A stretch of DNA of 64,000 nucleotides from Octopus vulgaris (taxonomy: Eukaryota): NCBI GenBank assembly GCA_951406725.2, contig OX597815.1:201624001-201688000 (forward strand), in the 5' to 3' direction. Within the stretch, counting starts at the first letter, position 1, and each line of letters opens with the position of its first letter. The position numbers and the translations under genes were made by a program. The notes below the pieces were generated by a model. It saw only the letters and a list, made by a program, of their open reading frames with translations. It ran no database searches and had not been told where the DNA came from. Below are positions 15,434-30,267 of the stretch, one piece after another.

Positions 15434-15927
15434 AGTGGTTAGGGCAGCCGACTCGCGGACGTAGGATCGCGGTTTCGATTCCCAGGCCGGGCACTGTGAG
15501 TGTTTATTGAGCGAAAACACCTAAAGCTCCACGAAGGCTCCGGCAGGGGGTGGTGGTGAACACTGCTGTACTCTTTCGCCACAACTTTCTCTCCCTCTTT
15601 CTTTCTGTTTCTGTTGTACCTGTATTTCAAAGGGGTCAGCCTTGTCACACTCTGTGTCACGTTGAAACTCCCCAGAACTACGTTAAGGGTACACGTGTCT
15701 GTGCAGTGCTCAGCCACTTGCACGTTAATAAATGAGCTGCGACGTCACTGGTGCCAAGCTGTATCGGCCTTTGCCTTTCCCTTGGATAACATCGGTAGCG
15801 TGGAGAGGAGAGGCCGGTATGCATGGGCGACTGCTGGTCTTCCATAAACAGCCTTGCCCAGACTTGTGCCTCGGAGGGTAACTTTCTAGGTGCAATTCCA
15901 TGGTCATTCATGACCGAAGGAGGTCAC
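15434..15927 (+). mobile_element. tRNA-derived SINE, family B
   Basis: A/B-box-like head (gtggttaggg...ggtttcgattccc); central module shared with 61400-61510 and 3' module shared with 20852-21050. Confidence 0.88.
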
Positions 15928-17559
15928 AAATATATATATAGACGTACAAACACAACCCAACTGCTGGTGCCGCTATTACTGATGGGTCATTGAATATGAT
16001 CATAAACGACCAAGATGTTCCTGTCGCCAATATGACCATATGATCGACATAGGCATTAAAATTGTTTAAAGTCCTGGTCAGTTTTAGTGCAATGGATATC
16101 ATTTGCTGCAAGTGGGAGGTAATGACATAAATTGCTATTCACTTTAGAAACAATTTCGAATGAAACCTTAAGTGACACATAATTTCATAACACATATCAC
16201 CCCTATATCTGTGTTGATCACGACATACATCGTCCCTGTATGTCTAGATACAGACATTTAATTTAACACATCCACGCATTCAAGAAAAAATTAGCAGAAT
16301 GCCTAGAGACAGAAGAATGAGATGGTTGCATAATATCCATATATCCCGTTGGTAACGCTTGGGAATGTAGCTGAAAAGAGTAAGGGTAGTTGCTTCTTAT
16401 AGTACTTTATGGCGTAGGAGCTGGTGAGAAGATCTCAAGATCCTCCCAGGAATAGTAGGCGAAGATGATGGATGGACTTCTGAATATATAGATATAGAGA
16501 TAGATAAGATAGATTTAATATTTACGTGAGTGTGGTTATTTGGCAGACTTTAGCTATCAACAACACAAAATAAATATGTAATTCTATTCGTTCTACATAT
16601 TTCAATTACAGAAACAATTTGAGCAATGTCTCCCGACGAATAATTTTCACAAGGTATGAGAAGTTATATGCTGTGAAATTTCTCTACCAAAAATATTGTA
16701 TATTAAAAATGAACATATAATAAAGATGCAAACACAGTTTGTAATATATATCGAACTTAGTTTGATCTTAATTTCGCTGGCACACACGCACACACACACA
16801 CACAAATACACACACACACACACGTACGAACATATAGACACAACTAGGCATATATTATATTTTCTCTTAGGCATAGCAATACTAATAACCTGATATTAGA
16901 ACCCGCTGTACATATGCCTTAGTCAAAAAAGGATTAGTACAGGGCGATTAAGAAATCGTATGTATGGCAAAGGAAACTAGAAATTAGGTGATGAACCTCA
17001 TTATCATAAAATTGCATCTGCTACAAAATGCAATGCACTCAAGATTCTTACAAATTCTTCGGAGTATTAAAATGACATGCAATTTTATTTGGTAACGCGT
17101 TTATATAGATGGAAATATAGATTTGATTAAATTATTTCAAATTTTGTATTGCGTATAGAAATAGTATTTTTAGAGAACTTATAATCCATTTTTGATAAAG
17201 TAAAATTTATGAAAGTGATATATTGTTTATTCGAAAATATTACAAAGATTATCAATATTATGAGCATTCAAAGAAATAGCCGCTTCATTATTATCCAATT
17301 TATTATTATCCGATTTATCATTTACGTTTTTGTCACCGTAAAAATAATTATGATTATTTATATGTTACTTATTAATTTTCCTAGATTTACTAGATAATTT
17401 AATATTTGTTTTCTCTACGTCCTGTTTTACATTTAGAGCTTGATGTGTATTTATTTCAAGCTTATTATTATCATTACCACTTATTAGTTTATTATTTGCC
17501 AATTTATTAATAGTCTGTTTGTTATTACTTGTAGATTTAGCTTTAATTATATTACCGAT

Positions 17560-19020
17560 CTTTACAGGTTTTGTTCCTGTCTTATAAATAATCCTATCAA
17601 ATATATTTTCTTAATTGAGTCGATGGTACATTATCTTATATTTGTATCCATCTTTGACGAGAGCAATGTTGTAATAATCTGGATGCTACATAAATATGTC
17701 TTTATTACATGATAAATACGATATTCTTTTCCCTATGCTGGAAATTAAAGTATTCTAATTGATCCTGGGCGATGGCTTTCGAAATTGATTTAGCTTAAAT
17801 TCGTATTTTACCTTTGGAAAGGTTCATGCTTGACATTTATTAGGTTGAAATTAACATCTAGCAATTTAACTGACTTCTTATCCATTTCACTAGAGATAGA
17901 AATTCCATACCGTTTTAAAAATTAATCGAACTTTTCTTAAATAATTCTAAGTTCCTATTAAATGCATTTCGATGAGAAAAAGGGCATCGTCCCTATATAA
18001 TCCACCCCTAGTAACAGGAAATCCTTGTAATATTCGTAATAGACAAAATACACCATAAACTAATTTCATAAAATTTACTAAATCCAAAATGGATTATAAA
18101 TTCTCTAAAACTAATCCTGAGGAGTCTAATACAATTTGGCTCATCTTTCCATATGCACACAATTTGAAAATAATTTAACTAAATATCTACACAGGTCTGT
18201 TTATAAGCATTTTTATAAGGATAATAGATACACTGAAATTATTAATTATAAATATTCCTGTTTTGGTTATATTTTAACTTGTAATCTCTTCATTATTATA
18301 TCATCTATTAATAACACAAAATTTAGATAATGTCCACTGTTATAGAAATATTTATTACAATAATTCATTCACCAACATAATCTCCGTAACCTAAATAATA
18401 ACGCTAACGGCAATACATGTCCTACTAAAATAACCCATATTAACTTTTCTTCACAATACTACGAATAAAGGAGATGTATTGGCATAGCAAGTGACCTGAT
18501 CTGAGATCGTTTGCTGGAATGAAAACAATTGCAGCAAAGAGGTGTTTATAAGCCATTTAAGAAACACACAAAAACCGTTAGATTCACTTCAACCTTTAGA
18601 TTTAATTTCTCAAAATATTTTCGTCACTTTGAGACCGCCACCTGTTCAATGACAAACGTCCATGCTGGAAGAAGTCGTGGTCTCAAAGCGATGAAAATAT
18701 TTTGACAAATTAAATTTAAATGTTGAAGTGAATCTAACGGTTTTTGTTTGCTTCTTAAATGGCTTTTAAACACATTCCACGCTGCAATTGTTGACTGCGA
18801 ATAAATTTATACATAAAGATGTAAAGTTAAAATTAATTGTAAGTTTACAAATTTGTGTAAGAAAGATTATCTGGTCTACCAATGTATAGTTGAATCTCAA
18901 GGAAAGGATTTCTATTATATAGCGTCAGAAAACAGAATTAAGATTAAAATACTTACATCTAGGATCCATCTACTTTGCCTTAGTCATGAAAAATATCATC
19001 TTGTGTTCATTTAGCGAAAT
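17560..19020 (+). mobile_element. Penelope-like element relic (RT C-terminus, linker, GIY-YIG endonuclease)
   Basis: Frameshifted LKLTSSNLTDFLSISL (RT7-like), TIWLIFPY...KHFYKDNRY..IIN (IWFNPP-type thumb region), and *RCKVKINC...C..DYLVYQC...FYYI (Zn-linker plus GIY-YIG). Confidence 0.75.
18470..18793. mobile_element. Fold-back (inverted pLTR-like) insertion with 12-bp target site duplication
   Basis: Arms ~18525-18637 and ~18676-18792 are reverse complements; TSD actacgaataaa (18458-18469) / actgcgaataaa (18794-18805). Confidence 0.85.
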
Positions 19021-19115
19021 ATATTTTCTCTAAGTATTAATTAAACTATATAGTTATTATAAGGTATACTATATAATATAATATAATATTCAGATAATAT
19101 CCCCTAATATTTACA

Positions 19116-19236
19116 AGGCATTTTACCTATTTATAAAATAGATAAGGATTATTTTACCTATTGGTACAATAGATGAGGGTTACTTTACCTATTGATATAA
19201 TTGATTAGGGTTATTTTACCTGTTGATATAATAGAT
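19116..19236. repeat. Minisatellite, ~4 copies of a 31-bp unit
   Basis: Unit ttattttacctattg.tataatagat.aggg repeated. Confidence 0.85.
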
Positions 19237-20277
19237 CGAAATTAATATATACCCATTTATTAGAAAACTTTTCTGAATTCATTTAACCATAAATTCTGCT
19301 AATGTAACTCATTTACTCTATAATTATACTTAACTCAATATTATCGATTATACCTCTTATAATACATACTATATTCAATTTTTTTACCTTACATTAATAA
19401 TTAAAATTCTAATAAAAATTCTAAACACTAATTCATAATAATTATTAAATTACAGAGATTAACTTAATCATCATCAATCAAATATATTTCGTAAATATTT
19501 CTCTTAACACTCACTAAATGACGTAATGCCACATATAGCTAGTATAATGCATTTTTTCTATATTTATACATAACTGAAAAATTTAGAATATGTCTCTTAT
19601 AATGCACAATGTATTCAGTCGACTACATTAAGATAAAATAAAGTTTAAACAATAATTGATAATAATTATTAATTAATTCTTAGGGTTGAAATAAATTCTT
19701 ATGTATTGTAAATAATCCGTAATTTTTCTATGAACACCAATTAATATGACACAATGCACTAGATCTCTATTTATTGATAATGTAAACAAATAATTTATAT
19801 TCATCGTGCTTGTTATATGGGAGATATATGCCTATGCTTGAAGTAAATGCCATTGTACGTAAATGAATTTGAACTGAGCATTAATTTGATAAACGAATGC
19901 TATAGAATTGTTTGTTGTAATGCTTATGTTTCTATGTGTGTATATATGCATTGTGCATGTACTCATATTCATATAAGTGTATGTCTGTGCATGCGTATAT
20001 ATGATTCTGCACAAACACATATACTGATAGACTGTTATAATTAGATATGTTCTTGAAATGCTCAAATTACTTCAACCAATGGCCATGGATTAGTATAAAA
20101 TATTCATATATAACTTCTTCATATATATATATATGTGTCTGCTACTCTAGGCCGACGAAGGACAATCATTGGTGGTGTACCCCCTGCTGTCACGTTCGTG
20201 TCAGATTGACAGTATACAACCATTCTATCGCCCCACCACCGTACATGTCTCTACGAGAGATATAGAAATTTAGTATT

Positions 20278-20318
<41 letters not shown>

Positions 20319-20851
20319 TGACTATGCATATATATACATGCCTGTGCGTGAGTATGAATATACTGTATTTATGTAGATTTTCTATATGTATCTCTATATG
20401 TACAAAAGTTCCTACGTATGTATATATTCTATTCTAAATTATTTTTATTGTATTTTTCTTTATTGTATTCGTATTTTATTGCTAATTTTTTAAACTTTTA
20501 TTTTACTTCCTATTCTATTTTATCTTATTCTTTGTTTTACTTTATTCTATTACATTCAAATTAATCCGTTAACCGTCTCGCCCATACAAAAATGAATATA
20601 CAACAACTCCATATATTTAGTCTGCTGGAATGAGCATATAGGTCAACAGGTGATTTTTTTATATATTTAATTTTTCACAGGTGATATTTTGCTCATAACT
20701 TATAAATGTAAATTTAATGCATAAATTTGTAATTTATTCATTGAGTATCAATGGAAACAGCTGTAGGAAGAAATGCTTATGAATTAAATAATGAACAATT
20801 ATTAACCACTAACTCTCCATTTTCTTCTCATAAAATAACAATGATTATATT

Positions 20852-21133
20852 GTGACCCACTTCGGTCATGACACTGACCGTAGGATTGCTCCCTAGAAAG
20901 TTACCCTCCAAGGTACAAGTCTGAGCAAGGTTGTTTATGGAAGGCCAGCAGCCGCCCATGCATACCGGCCTCCCCTCTCCACGGCACCAGTGTTATCCAA
21001 GGGAAAGGCAAAGGCTGATACAGCTTGGCACCAGCGACGTCGCAACTCATTTCTACAGCTGAGTGAACTGGAGCAACGTGAAATAAAGTGTCTTGCTCAA
21101 GAACACAACACGCAACCCGGTCCGGGATTCGAA
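20852..21133 (-). mobile_element. tRNA-derived SINE, family C (CORE-like centre)
   Basis: On minus strand: ttcgaatccc B-box-like site, then gtgttcttgagcaagacactt...ctgtagaaatgag (MIR/CORE-like); 3' module as in 15730-15927. Confidence 0.85.
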
Positions 21134-21135
21134 AA

Positions 21136-21348
21136 GCGGTGAGCTGGCAGAAACGTTAGCATGTCGGTCAAAATGCTTAGAGGTGTTTTGTCTTGTTTAC
21201 GTGCTGAGTTCTAATTCCGCCGAGGTCGACTTTGCCTTTCATCTTTTCAGAGTCAATACATTAAGTACCAGTTGTGCACTGGTGTTGATCTAATCGACTG
21301 ACCCCTTCCCCCAACATTTCGGGCCGTGTATCTAGAGTAGAAACGAAT
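21136..21348 (+). mobile_element. tRNA-derived SINE, family D (Meta-domain-like)
   Basis: gagctggcagaaacgttagc head, gagttctaattcc B box, gcctttcatc...aagtaccag central domain. Confidence 0.85.
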
Positions 21349-22727
21349 ATATAGCTATTGATTTAGGGAAATTTTCTTTCGCAAAAATAACGTACATAAC
21401 CTCCTGTGTTTTCTTGGATATAATTATTCTTTATGCGGTTAATATACCCTCTAAGTAACTTATATGTGTGTTTGAGTGCGTGCGTGCGTGTGTGTGTGAA
21501 TCAGTCGGACGGATCGCCTTGTAAAGAAAGAGCATTCATGAGCTACCACCTACCGAACTGAAGTGCTATCTATCGATTCGTCCATCCTAGCACAGGATGT
21601 TTGAGTTGAGCGAAATTTCCCGACTTATATCAAATTTATCAACAGGGTCCACTCCTGGTGCTTCTCTTCCCTCATTTATTTAAATGTCTACTTTACAATC
21701 ATAATATTTCAGGAACCAACTAATTTCAAATGAATGCCGACACCTGTCAGTTCATTGTAAATCGTTTACTATCGGAAATACGAAGGTTTCTGACAATTTA
21801 AGTGCTTAAGACTCAATCTCATCGCTGTGCGTCTTGTAGTGATCAAAATATTTTACCACTAACGCCATAGTGTGAGTATAAATACTATGTAACTTACTAA
21901 GTAAATTACCACTAACGCCATAGTACGAGTATAAATACTTTCATGATAAAATCCACTGGATAACGCCAGTTCTCTATCCATCCATTGATACCGGATAGGA
22001 AGAACAACCTTGATTGTGAAGTAAACCTGTGGAAAATATGAGCACCTCATTTTTGAAGAGGTCAGAGTATAAACTGAGTAAAATATATATGCAATTTCTA
22101 GAAAGCTGAACCTCAACATGTAAGATATATAGTATCATCATCTGTAATATCTTATTTCATTTTAGCATTCAATTTGGACTTTCCTTCAAAAATATCAAAA
22201 GAGAAAATTTATTGTTATAATTGCAAAGACAATGTTTTTAGATTCACAAAATTCTGACGTTGAATTATAAGCAGGGTCACTATGTAGTACTAATAGTTTG
22301 GTAGGTAGAACAACAAAGAATTAGAAAATTGCGTAAAGAGGGTAAATAAGTCTAAGTACTGAATAATTGTATATCAGAGAAAAATGTTTTAAAAGGTTGC
22401 TACAGACAATTTGGAGAAAAGGCAGTTATTAAATTTAATACAATACAAATATACAAAATATCTGCTAATTTACGGGACGAGCCCTTAGAGATATTAAATA
22501 TATTTCCCTCAATATAAATGGTTGTCTTCTTTCAAGAGAAACGATAACTGCTTAATATAATTTCTACCAAAAAAGAAAGAGAAAAAGAAAAGCAAAATAG
22601 TAAAATAGGTGAAACTATGTCTCATATAAAATCTCATATCTATATATTGCTATATTCACAAAAAATCAGAGGAACTATGAAAACGGTGGTTGATAGACAT
22701 ACGTTACTCTCACCATCTTTGTCTATA

Positions 22728-23590
<863 letters not shown>

Positions 23591-25689
23591 CGTATCGCAG
23601 AAATAATAACTGAAATAAACATTAATCAAATCGATAAAAGAATGATCGAATTTGCTTATTTCCGTGCTTTTATGCTCAGAACCGTCATTGGGAACATATG
23701 ACTATATTACAATCCTTTACTAGGCAATATGTATTCGCGTATATTTGAGTCTCTAGGCATTCATGCGTTTAAGTTTTTCTGAATGTTAATGTGAGATCGC
23801 GACTCTGTGATTGAGTGGGTATGTGCATATTTATACATAATATACCTACTATTCATGGTGTTCAATCATATCTTTTTCACGACATAATTTAAATCCAAAC
23901 CACAACGGTTCTTAGAGCACTTTAATCCTCGACTTAATTCCTCCGCAAAGTAAGTCTTCAGAGACTGCAGTAATCTTGCATTGGAACGCAAATTGTTGTT
24001 AAATTTTCAGATTGGTATTGCCTGAATAGCCAGCATTTCAATAATCCTTACTAGCACAAACTGACAGCATGAACAATGATTTAATGCATGGATGCACAAG
24101 CTGCTCGTTTTGGAGAAGAGGAACGTGAGAAATAAGGCGTCCTAATGTTGAACACTAGTTCTCATAAAAATTAATCAGCGTTCACCTTCGTTTGGAAAAT
24201 TTACTTGGGAATTGCAACAACAATTCTGTTCAATACATCAATGGATATCATTTTTTGTGTCCTGCCCCCTTTCTGAATATATGTGTTTTTCATTATTTCC
24301 CAGAAATATAATTCAGAAATATTCCATTTTATGGACGCAAAAATGTGTGCGGTTTCACCCTTAATTTCTATACTTTTAGCATAACTCATAGTTTAAAATT
24401 CTCGCCTAGCATTAATAATGCACAACAAAAGTATTGATACTAACATCTTATAAAGACATTTTCGAATACTTCTCTCTCTAAATAAACATTAAGTTCCCAT
24501 CTTTTGCCCTTTTGGCACTAAAACAAGCTTTATTATTTTTATTGAGTTAATGGCTTGACTCATTAGTGTATTTCTTTCAATTTGTCCATATTTTCTTTAA
24601 TATTTAGTTTTCAACATTTTTGAAACGGAATGAGTTGAAGGAGGGGGTGTAATTTTATCTCATTTTTATATTCCTTTCTAAATGTCGTCTTTTTAAAACT
24701 CTCCATTTTTCCGGTATTGTTTTTGTTAATTTACTGCTTGTATTCATTCTTTTTATTCTATTTTTATTGGTTAATTTATACTTCAAAACCATTAGAATTT
24801 AAATTATATAATTTATTCATGTTGCTATGCTATTTGAAATTTCTCACCATTTTGTATTTTACCCATTTTAAGCAACCATACATTATTTGTAAAAACATTA
24901 AAAAAAATTCTGAAATCTTCCTAAACATATTCTCCTCCATCAATTTTCTTTTCCACTCCCATACTAATTTTCCTTGTTTATTCTACTTCCTGCGCTTTTC
25001 ATACACTCTAGTATGCTTTATTTTTTTCATCCGTTTACTTCTCTACACTTACATTTTGTATTTCACTCTTCACTTAATCGTTGTGTACACATTCTTATTT
25101 TCTTCAACTTAGTTTAATAGTTTAATGTATACTTTTGTTTAATTCCTTTCTATAATTTATTTCTAACATTCTTGTTTCTTCTATGACTCTCCTTTCTAAA
25201 CTATCTAATTTCTACAATGTTTGTTTGCTACTATTTTAGAATATTGAAAAAGAGAGAAAAGAAATAGACAAAACAGTGTCAGCAGTAGATTATTCATGGC
25301 ACCCCCACCACCTTTTATAGCATCATGCTATGAATAACAACAAAATAGATAATAGAAAATTCAAGTAGCTATCCTAATTTCATGTTGCTTCAGAGTTGAT
25401 GGATGTGAGTTTCTTTATAATGACCAACCAATCATGTGTCCTCCACTGTTTGAAGAGCGACTCCTCACATCAATTTTAATTAGAGTCAAGAGTAGACTTG
25501 AATTTTAAACTGATAGTATTGGTTATTAATTTAATTAGATGCTGAAACGGACAGCAATACCATGGTATTTTCATACACTGCAATAATATATATATATATA
25601 TATATATATACAGTTAGAGAGAGAAACAGAAAGACAGACAAACAGAGAACTATAAATAGGAAGATAGGTAAATGGATAGATAGGTAGAT

Positions 25690-26297
25690 ATGTTTCTTTA
25701 TTAGCCACACAGGGCTGCACACAGATAGAACAAATTACAAGGTAGAGCTTTTCTTTTGAAGGGTTAAAAAAAAAAGTAAGGGGGGAGTTTCGATCAAAAG
25801 GGATCGTAAAAGGAGAGAAAGAGGACAAAAAAGGGGGGGTTAAAAAAAAGGGTGAGAGGAAAAAAATTGATCAATAGGGATCGTTATCACAGAAATGTCA
25901 ATATGAAGTGTAAAGGGGAGGACAGGTGAGGTTTACCCGTGGAAAGAAAAGCCTACGGAAAAGACCACGGTAACCTCGGTCAATGAAGTCACATTTTATA
26001 TTTCTTTTTTTTTTTTTTTGCAAATAAGCAACTCTCTGTTTTCGATTTCTGGGTTCATAGGACTATGCTCAAGGTGGCTTCGTCATTCATACGTGCCATT
26101 CTTGCTACATTCACCCATCTTTTTTTAAAACATTCGCTAGACAAAACTTGCCTCTCTACTCTCACTTTCCTTTTCAAGTGGTACTTGAAGAAGTTGATGA
26201 GAGATTGACCAGAGAGGAAAGTGTTTGTCTCCAATCCTTTCAGACGCGTCCACCAGATACATTCTTTCGCCATAGCCACAAGGATGATGAAAATAGC
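25690..26297 (-). mobile_element. Tx1/L1-clade LINE 3' fragment (ORF2 C-terminus, 3' UTR, AATAAA)
   Basis: ORF 26055-26279 AKECIWWTR...FFKYHLKRKVRVER...FKKRW matches the Tx1-type C-terminal pattern; 3' end ctaataaagaaac; (TAGA)n on both sides. Confidence 0.72.
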
Positions 26298-26322
26298 TAG
26301 ATAGATAGATGGAGAGACGGAG

Positions 26323-26414
<92 letters not shown>

Positions 26415-26555
26415 TGATGAGTATTCATATATTTTAATTTGAAACAGGGAGCGGCTACAATTTGACCGCGATCAAGAACAAGACATGTAAGGCGAGACTA
26501 ACTCAACTAGTGCTAGATTGTATGCAAAACATTAATATGCATACATACTCACACA

Positions 26556-28643
26556 CTAACAATGCATACCGGTGTTGCCCGGGTGGTATAACCTACAGCC
26601 ACATTGTATTATTTGTTTCTTTCATAAGGGCAGAATCGGCACACGAGGAGTGTGAGACAAATAATTTCTTTATAAACACATTTTTCTGTCATTTTATGAT
26701 GAGCAATACTGAAAATGTTGTCACCAAAAGCATGAAGAATGACAGCTTAGATTAGAATGAAATCCTAACATTGCTCTCAAAATGAATTACGGATATAAAG
26801 AATTGGATGACGTATGAGGACGTAGAGTTATCCCTATTGCAGAAAGTAATGTACTTGGCGGGAAAGCTGCTTGATTGTTAACTGCATCATCTCTGTTTGG
26901 GCAGACTGCTCGCTTCAACATATGTCAATTGAAACCGACATTCTTTTTGGGTACACTATGTTTTGTGAAAGCCAAGTGCTAATAGAATAAATGTACAAGT
27001 CATCTGCATTGCTATCTCGAGAACATGCGACATATAGTTGTCCATGGGAAAAGCAGGGTATTTGTAAATTAAGACCCATAATTTTTAATGTTCCACCTTG
27101 GCTTTGTTGATTGTCATAGCGAAGCACGATCGCCCTGCAAACTGGAGATGCTTGGATTGAAATGACACATTTGAGTGAATAAGGTGCATGGGTGGTATGT
27201 ATGCGATCTTTCCTTGATGACAGACGGCAATAATGGCTGCTTGTAGGACATGGCTTATCATTGTAGTTACAGTCAATCGTGTACCATTGCATAGTGTGGC
27301 GGGCCGAAATTCCTCAATACCTTTCTTTAGGGACAACCAATACGGTGGAAATCCTGTGCGCTGTTGAGAGTTGAGAAGTTCAACCGGATACTCAACAGCG
27401 GCATGTTCGTCGACGGTACTACCAATGGAAACAAACGTCGAAGCATCTCCATGTAGAATGTGGAGGAACTTATGCCTCACTTTATCAACACTTTCATACT
27501 GAGGTGCTAAGCAACATATAAAGTAAGGGATTTCCGAGATAACTTCCCTGTAATTTCAAATAGGTCAGGTTTTGAACTACGCTCATCACAATGTCCGAAT
27601 AGGAAAATGCAATTCCCATAGTATTTGCGCTGTAGGTTATCGCACAGCAAAAAGTAACATAATTCATACAGAACTTTAACTCTATGCGTGTGTGTGTGTG
27701 TGATTGTGTCGAAGGAAGTTATTTTTGCATACCTTTCTTAATTCCAAAATAAGGAACTGTAGTAAAATTGTAACATGTTAACAGCAGATGGCCTCTGTAC
27801 ATAAAAATGACAAATTGAAAGAGGATGATAATGCCTAATTCTACGCATTCGTGAAACATGGGACGGAAGTGAAAATGACCTTATAATTGTACGATGTGAC
27901 CTAATTTATGGGGTTCTCGGCGTCCCCTTCTCTCCCATTTTTTTTTGCCGGCTTTCTTTCACCTTCACCAATAAAACATACAGTATCAATATTGTGCTGG
28001 ATTTCTTTCACTTTTAACTAACGAACGTACATAGGATATGAAGCATCAGCGTCTGTCTCTCGCCTACTATCCGCATTTTAGTTTCTCCTATAGGACCTCA
28101 TTCTCAGTTCCTGTTTCTTTCTCTTGTCCCTCTGTCTTTTTCTCATTCTGTGTTTCCTTCTTTATGATTTGAAGACAGCGGAAATTGAAAGTAAAGAGAA
28201 AGCAAAAAGAGGAGAGAGAGCTGAAAGTGAAGGCATCGAGAAAGTGAAAGATGCATGTACGTGTATATGACATGGGCGTGTGTGTGCATGAGAGAGAGAG
28301 AGAAAGAAAGAAGAAGAGAGGTAGAGTGAGTCAATGTGTATGTCTTGATGATGAATGTCCTTTCAGGTACACCCTAATATGGAAAATATGACGTCATCGT
28401 CGTCGCCGTCGTTGTATAAAGTGTTTATCATAGTTGCCTTATAGAAAATATTACAATTTAAAATTTTTGTAATGCAAACATGTCAATGAAAATAAAGTTT
28501 AGTTACTAGCGGAAATAGTACAAAATCTTTTGATACCCCATACATCAAAATCGGAAACTGTGAACAAGGTGCAAGTTTTTTTAGCACTTTTAGTAATTGC
28601 TATATACTTAATTAATAAGCAGCTTTCTCCGTTATAGTATAGA
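26556..28643 (-). mobile_element. Internally deleted Helitron with PIF1-helicase C-terminal remnant
   Basis: Frameshifted YPVELLNS...GFPPYWLSLKKG, LCNGTRL, CFAMTINKA/QG, CFSHGQLYVACSR. 5' A|TC at 28643; 3' hairpin ccgg-gcaaca-ccgg then TTAG|T (CTAG variant) at 26556. Confidence 0.9.
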
Positions 28644-30214
28644 TGTATGTACCTGACCTTGCGCTGAAGTGTCTGTGCGTGTTATGATTTAGTACATTTA
28701 TATTTAGTGAACTATGATACTTAATCAAGAATCATTTGAAAATATGTACGTAATTACCGAACTGTTTACAATAATATTTGCTGAATTATTTTCCAAACCC
28801 TTTCCCACTCGCCGCAGCAAAAATTGTCTATAAGTACTACCAAACACACTGTCATTGTCTTTGCCGAATTCATTTACAGAAGATGTAAAGCAAACTGAAT
28901 ATTTATCAATATTTCAATAACATCAGTATCGGGAGATTGATATCCGATATGTTACACGCAATAATATAGACGTGCCTAATAATTCAGTAAATATGAATGA
29001 TTAGAGAATTGTTCATCACGTATCTCCTTTAATATCCGATCCAATAGGGATACGTGTAATACTGGTGTATTCTAGTTTACACACACATAATTTCTTATTA
29101 GATAAATCGCTTGTATTCTTGTGGTTATGTTGACGATATCAATGGCGATATATATCACTTTTCAATATCTACTATGATATTCAGCTACGCAACAATGAAA
29201 TGTAACACTTAGCATTTCATCTCGGTTGAATGTCAAAATTATCAGACGTATAGCATTACACTTCAATGAAAACAGCAGTAATTATTGTTTGAAAAGGTTA
29301 ATAATTTGTAACTTTTGTATAAGTTTACTTTCCATAGAATGTTATCTACGATAAGAACGTCCAACAATTGTAAATATATACGCATAGACACAGACATTAA
29401 CACACGAAACTGCTCAACAGGCACTCTCTTAATTTCCTGACATTGTTTAATGTCGTGGCGATGCTGAACAACTGCTGTAGCATGTGAGGTGTATGCGGCA
29501 ATTGGCCGATTTCAAAATCGTGATTACAACGCTACATTTGCATAGCCGAGGAGAGAAGGAACTTTCCCCTGTCTGGTGGCAATTATGAAATAAGGTGTTT
29601 AGTGAACGAATTTAGAATGTATGTATAGATAATCCTCCTTCGTAGAGATTTTGTTAAGCTTCACTTAAAAATGCTGGTAAGGTAATCAGGAGGATGCTGT
29701 TCACGAGTTAATTTATTGAAATCTGGGCTAAAGTTGCAAAAATCACAAGACCAGACAGTATAACCTCATATATAGATCTATGAGCTGGACAACCACAATA
29801 TGGCGAAGATAGATGCCCTTAGTGCTCCGGGAGATTTTGCATAATTACGTTCCTCTTGTATCAGGAGAAACATATCGCTATCATGTTTCTTACCATGTTA
29901 TTTTTCAAAATACCAGTTCTATTTTTTGTGCTGTAAATAATGTATGCCGTACATACCCACATGTTTTACTCGTTTTCACATTCCATTATATCTCAATTCC
30001 CGCATTTTATGCCGATATTAGCTTTGTATTTTGTTATTTCAGGAGTCCATGTTATTGACAAAATCCCCACAACAAAATCTCCGGCATTCTGTCTTTAGTA
30101 AATAATATTATGAATTTTATAATAATAAAATTCATAATCCTTTTTACTATACGGACAAAAGTTCGAAAATTTAAAGAAAAAAGCACCAAAGGAAAAAAGA
30201 GAAATAAATTAGAG

Positions 30215-30217
<3 letters not shown>

Positions 30218-30267
<50 letters not shown>

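Noticed and set aside
16280-16480. RTE-like 3' traces (RRMRW), with similar traces at 37400-37600 and 52300-52460
   Set aside because: Plausible old LINE relics but too weak to call
21853-21939. Two 34-bp direct repeats 53 bp apart (CRISPR-like spacing)
   Set aside because: Only two units, eukaryotic context and no cas genes; a local duplication
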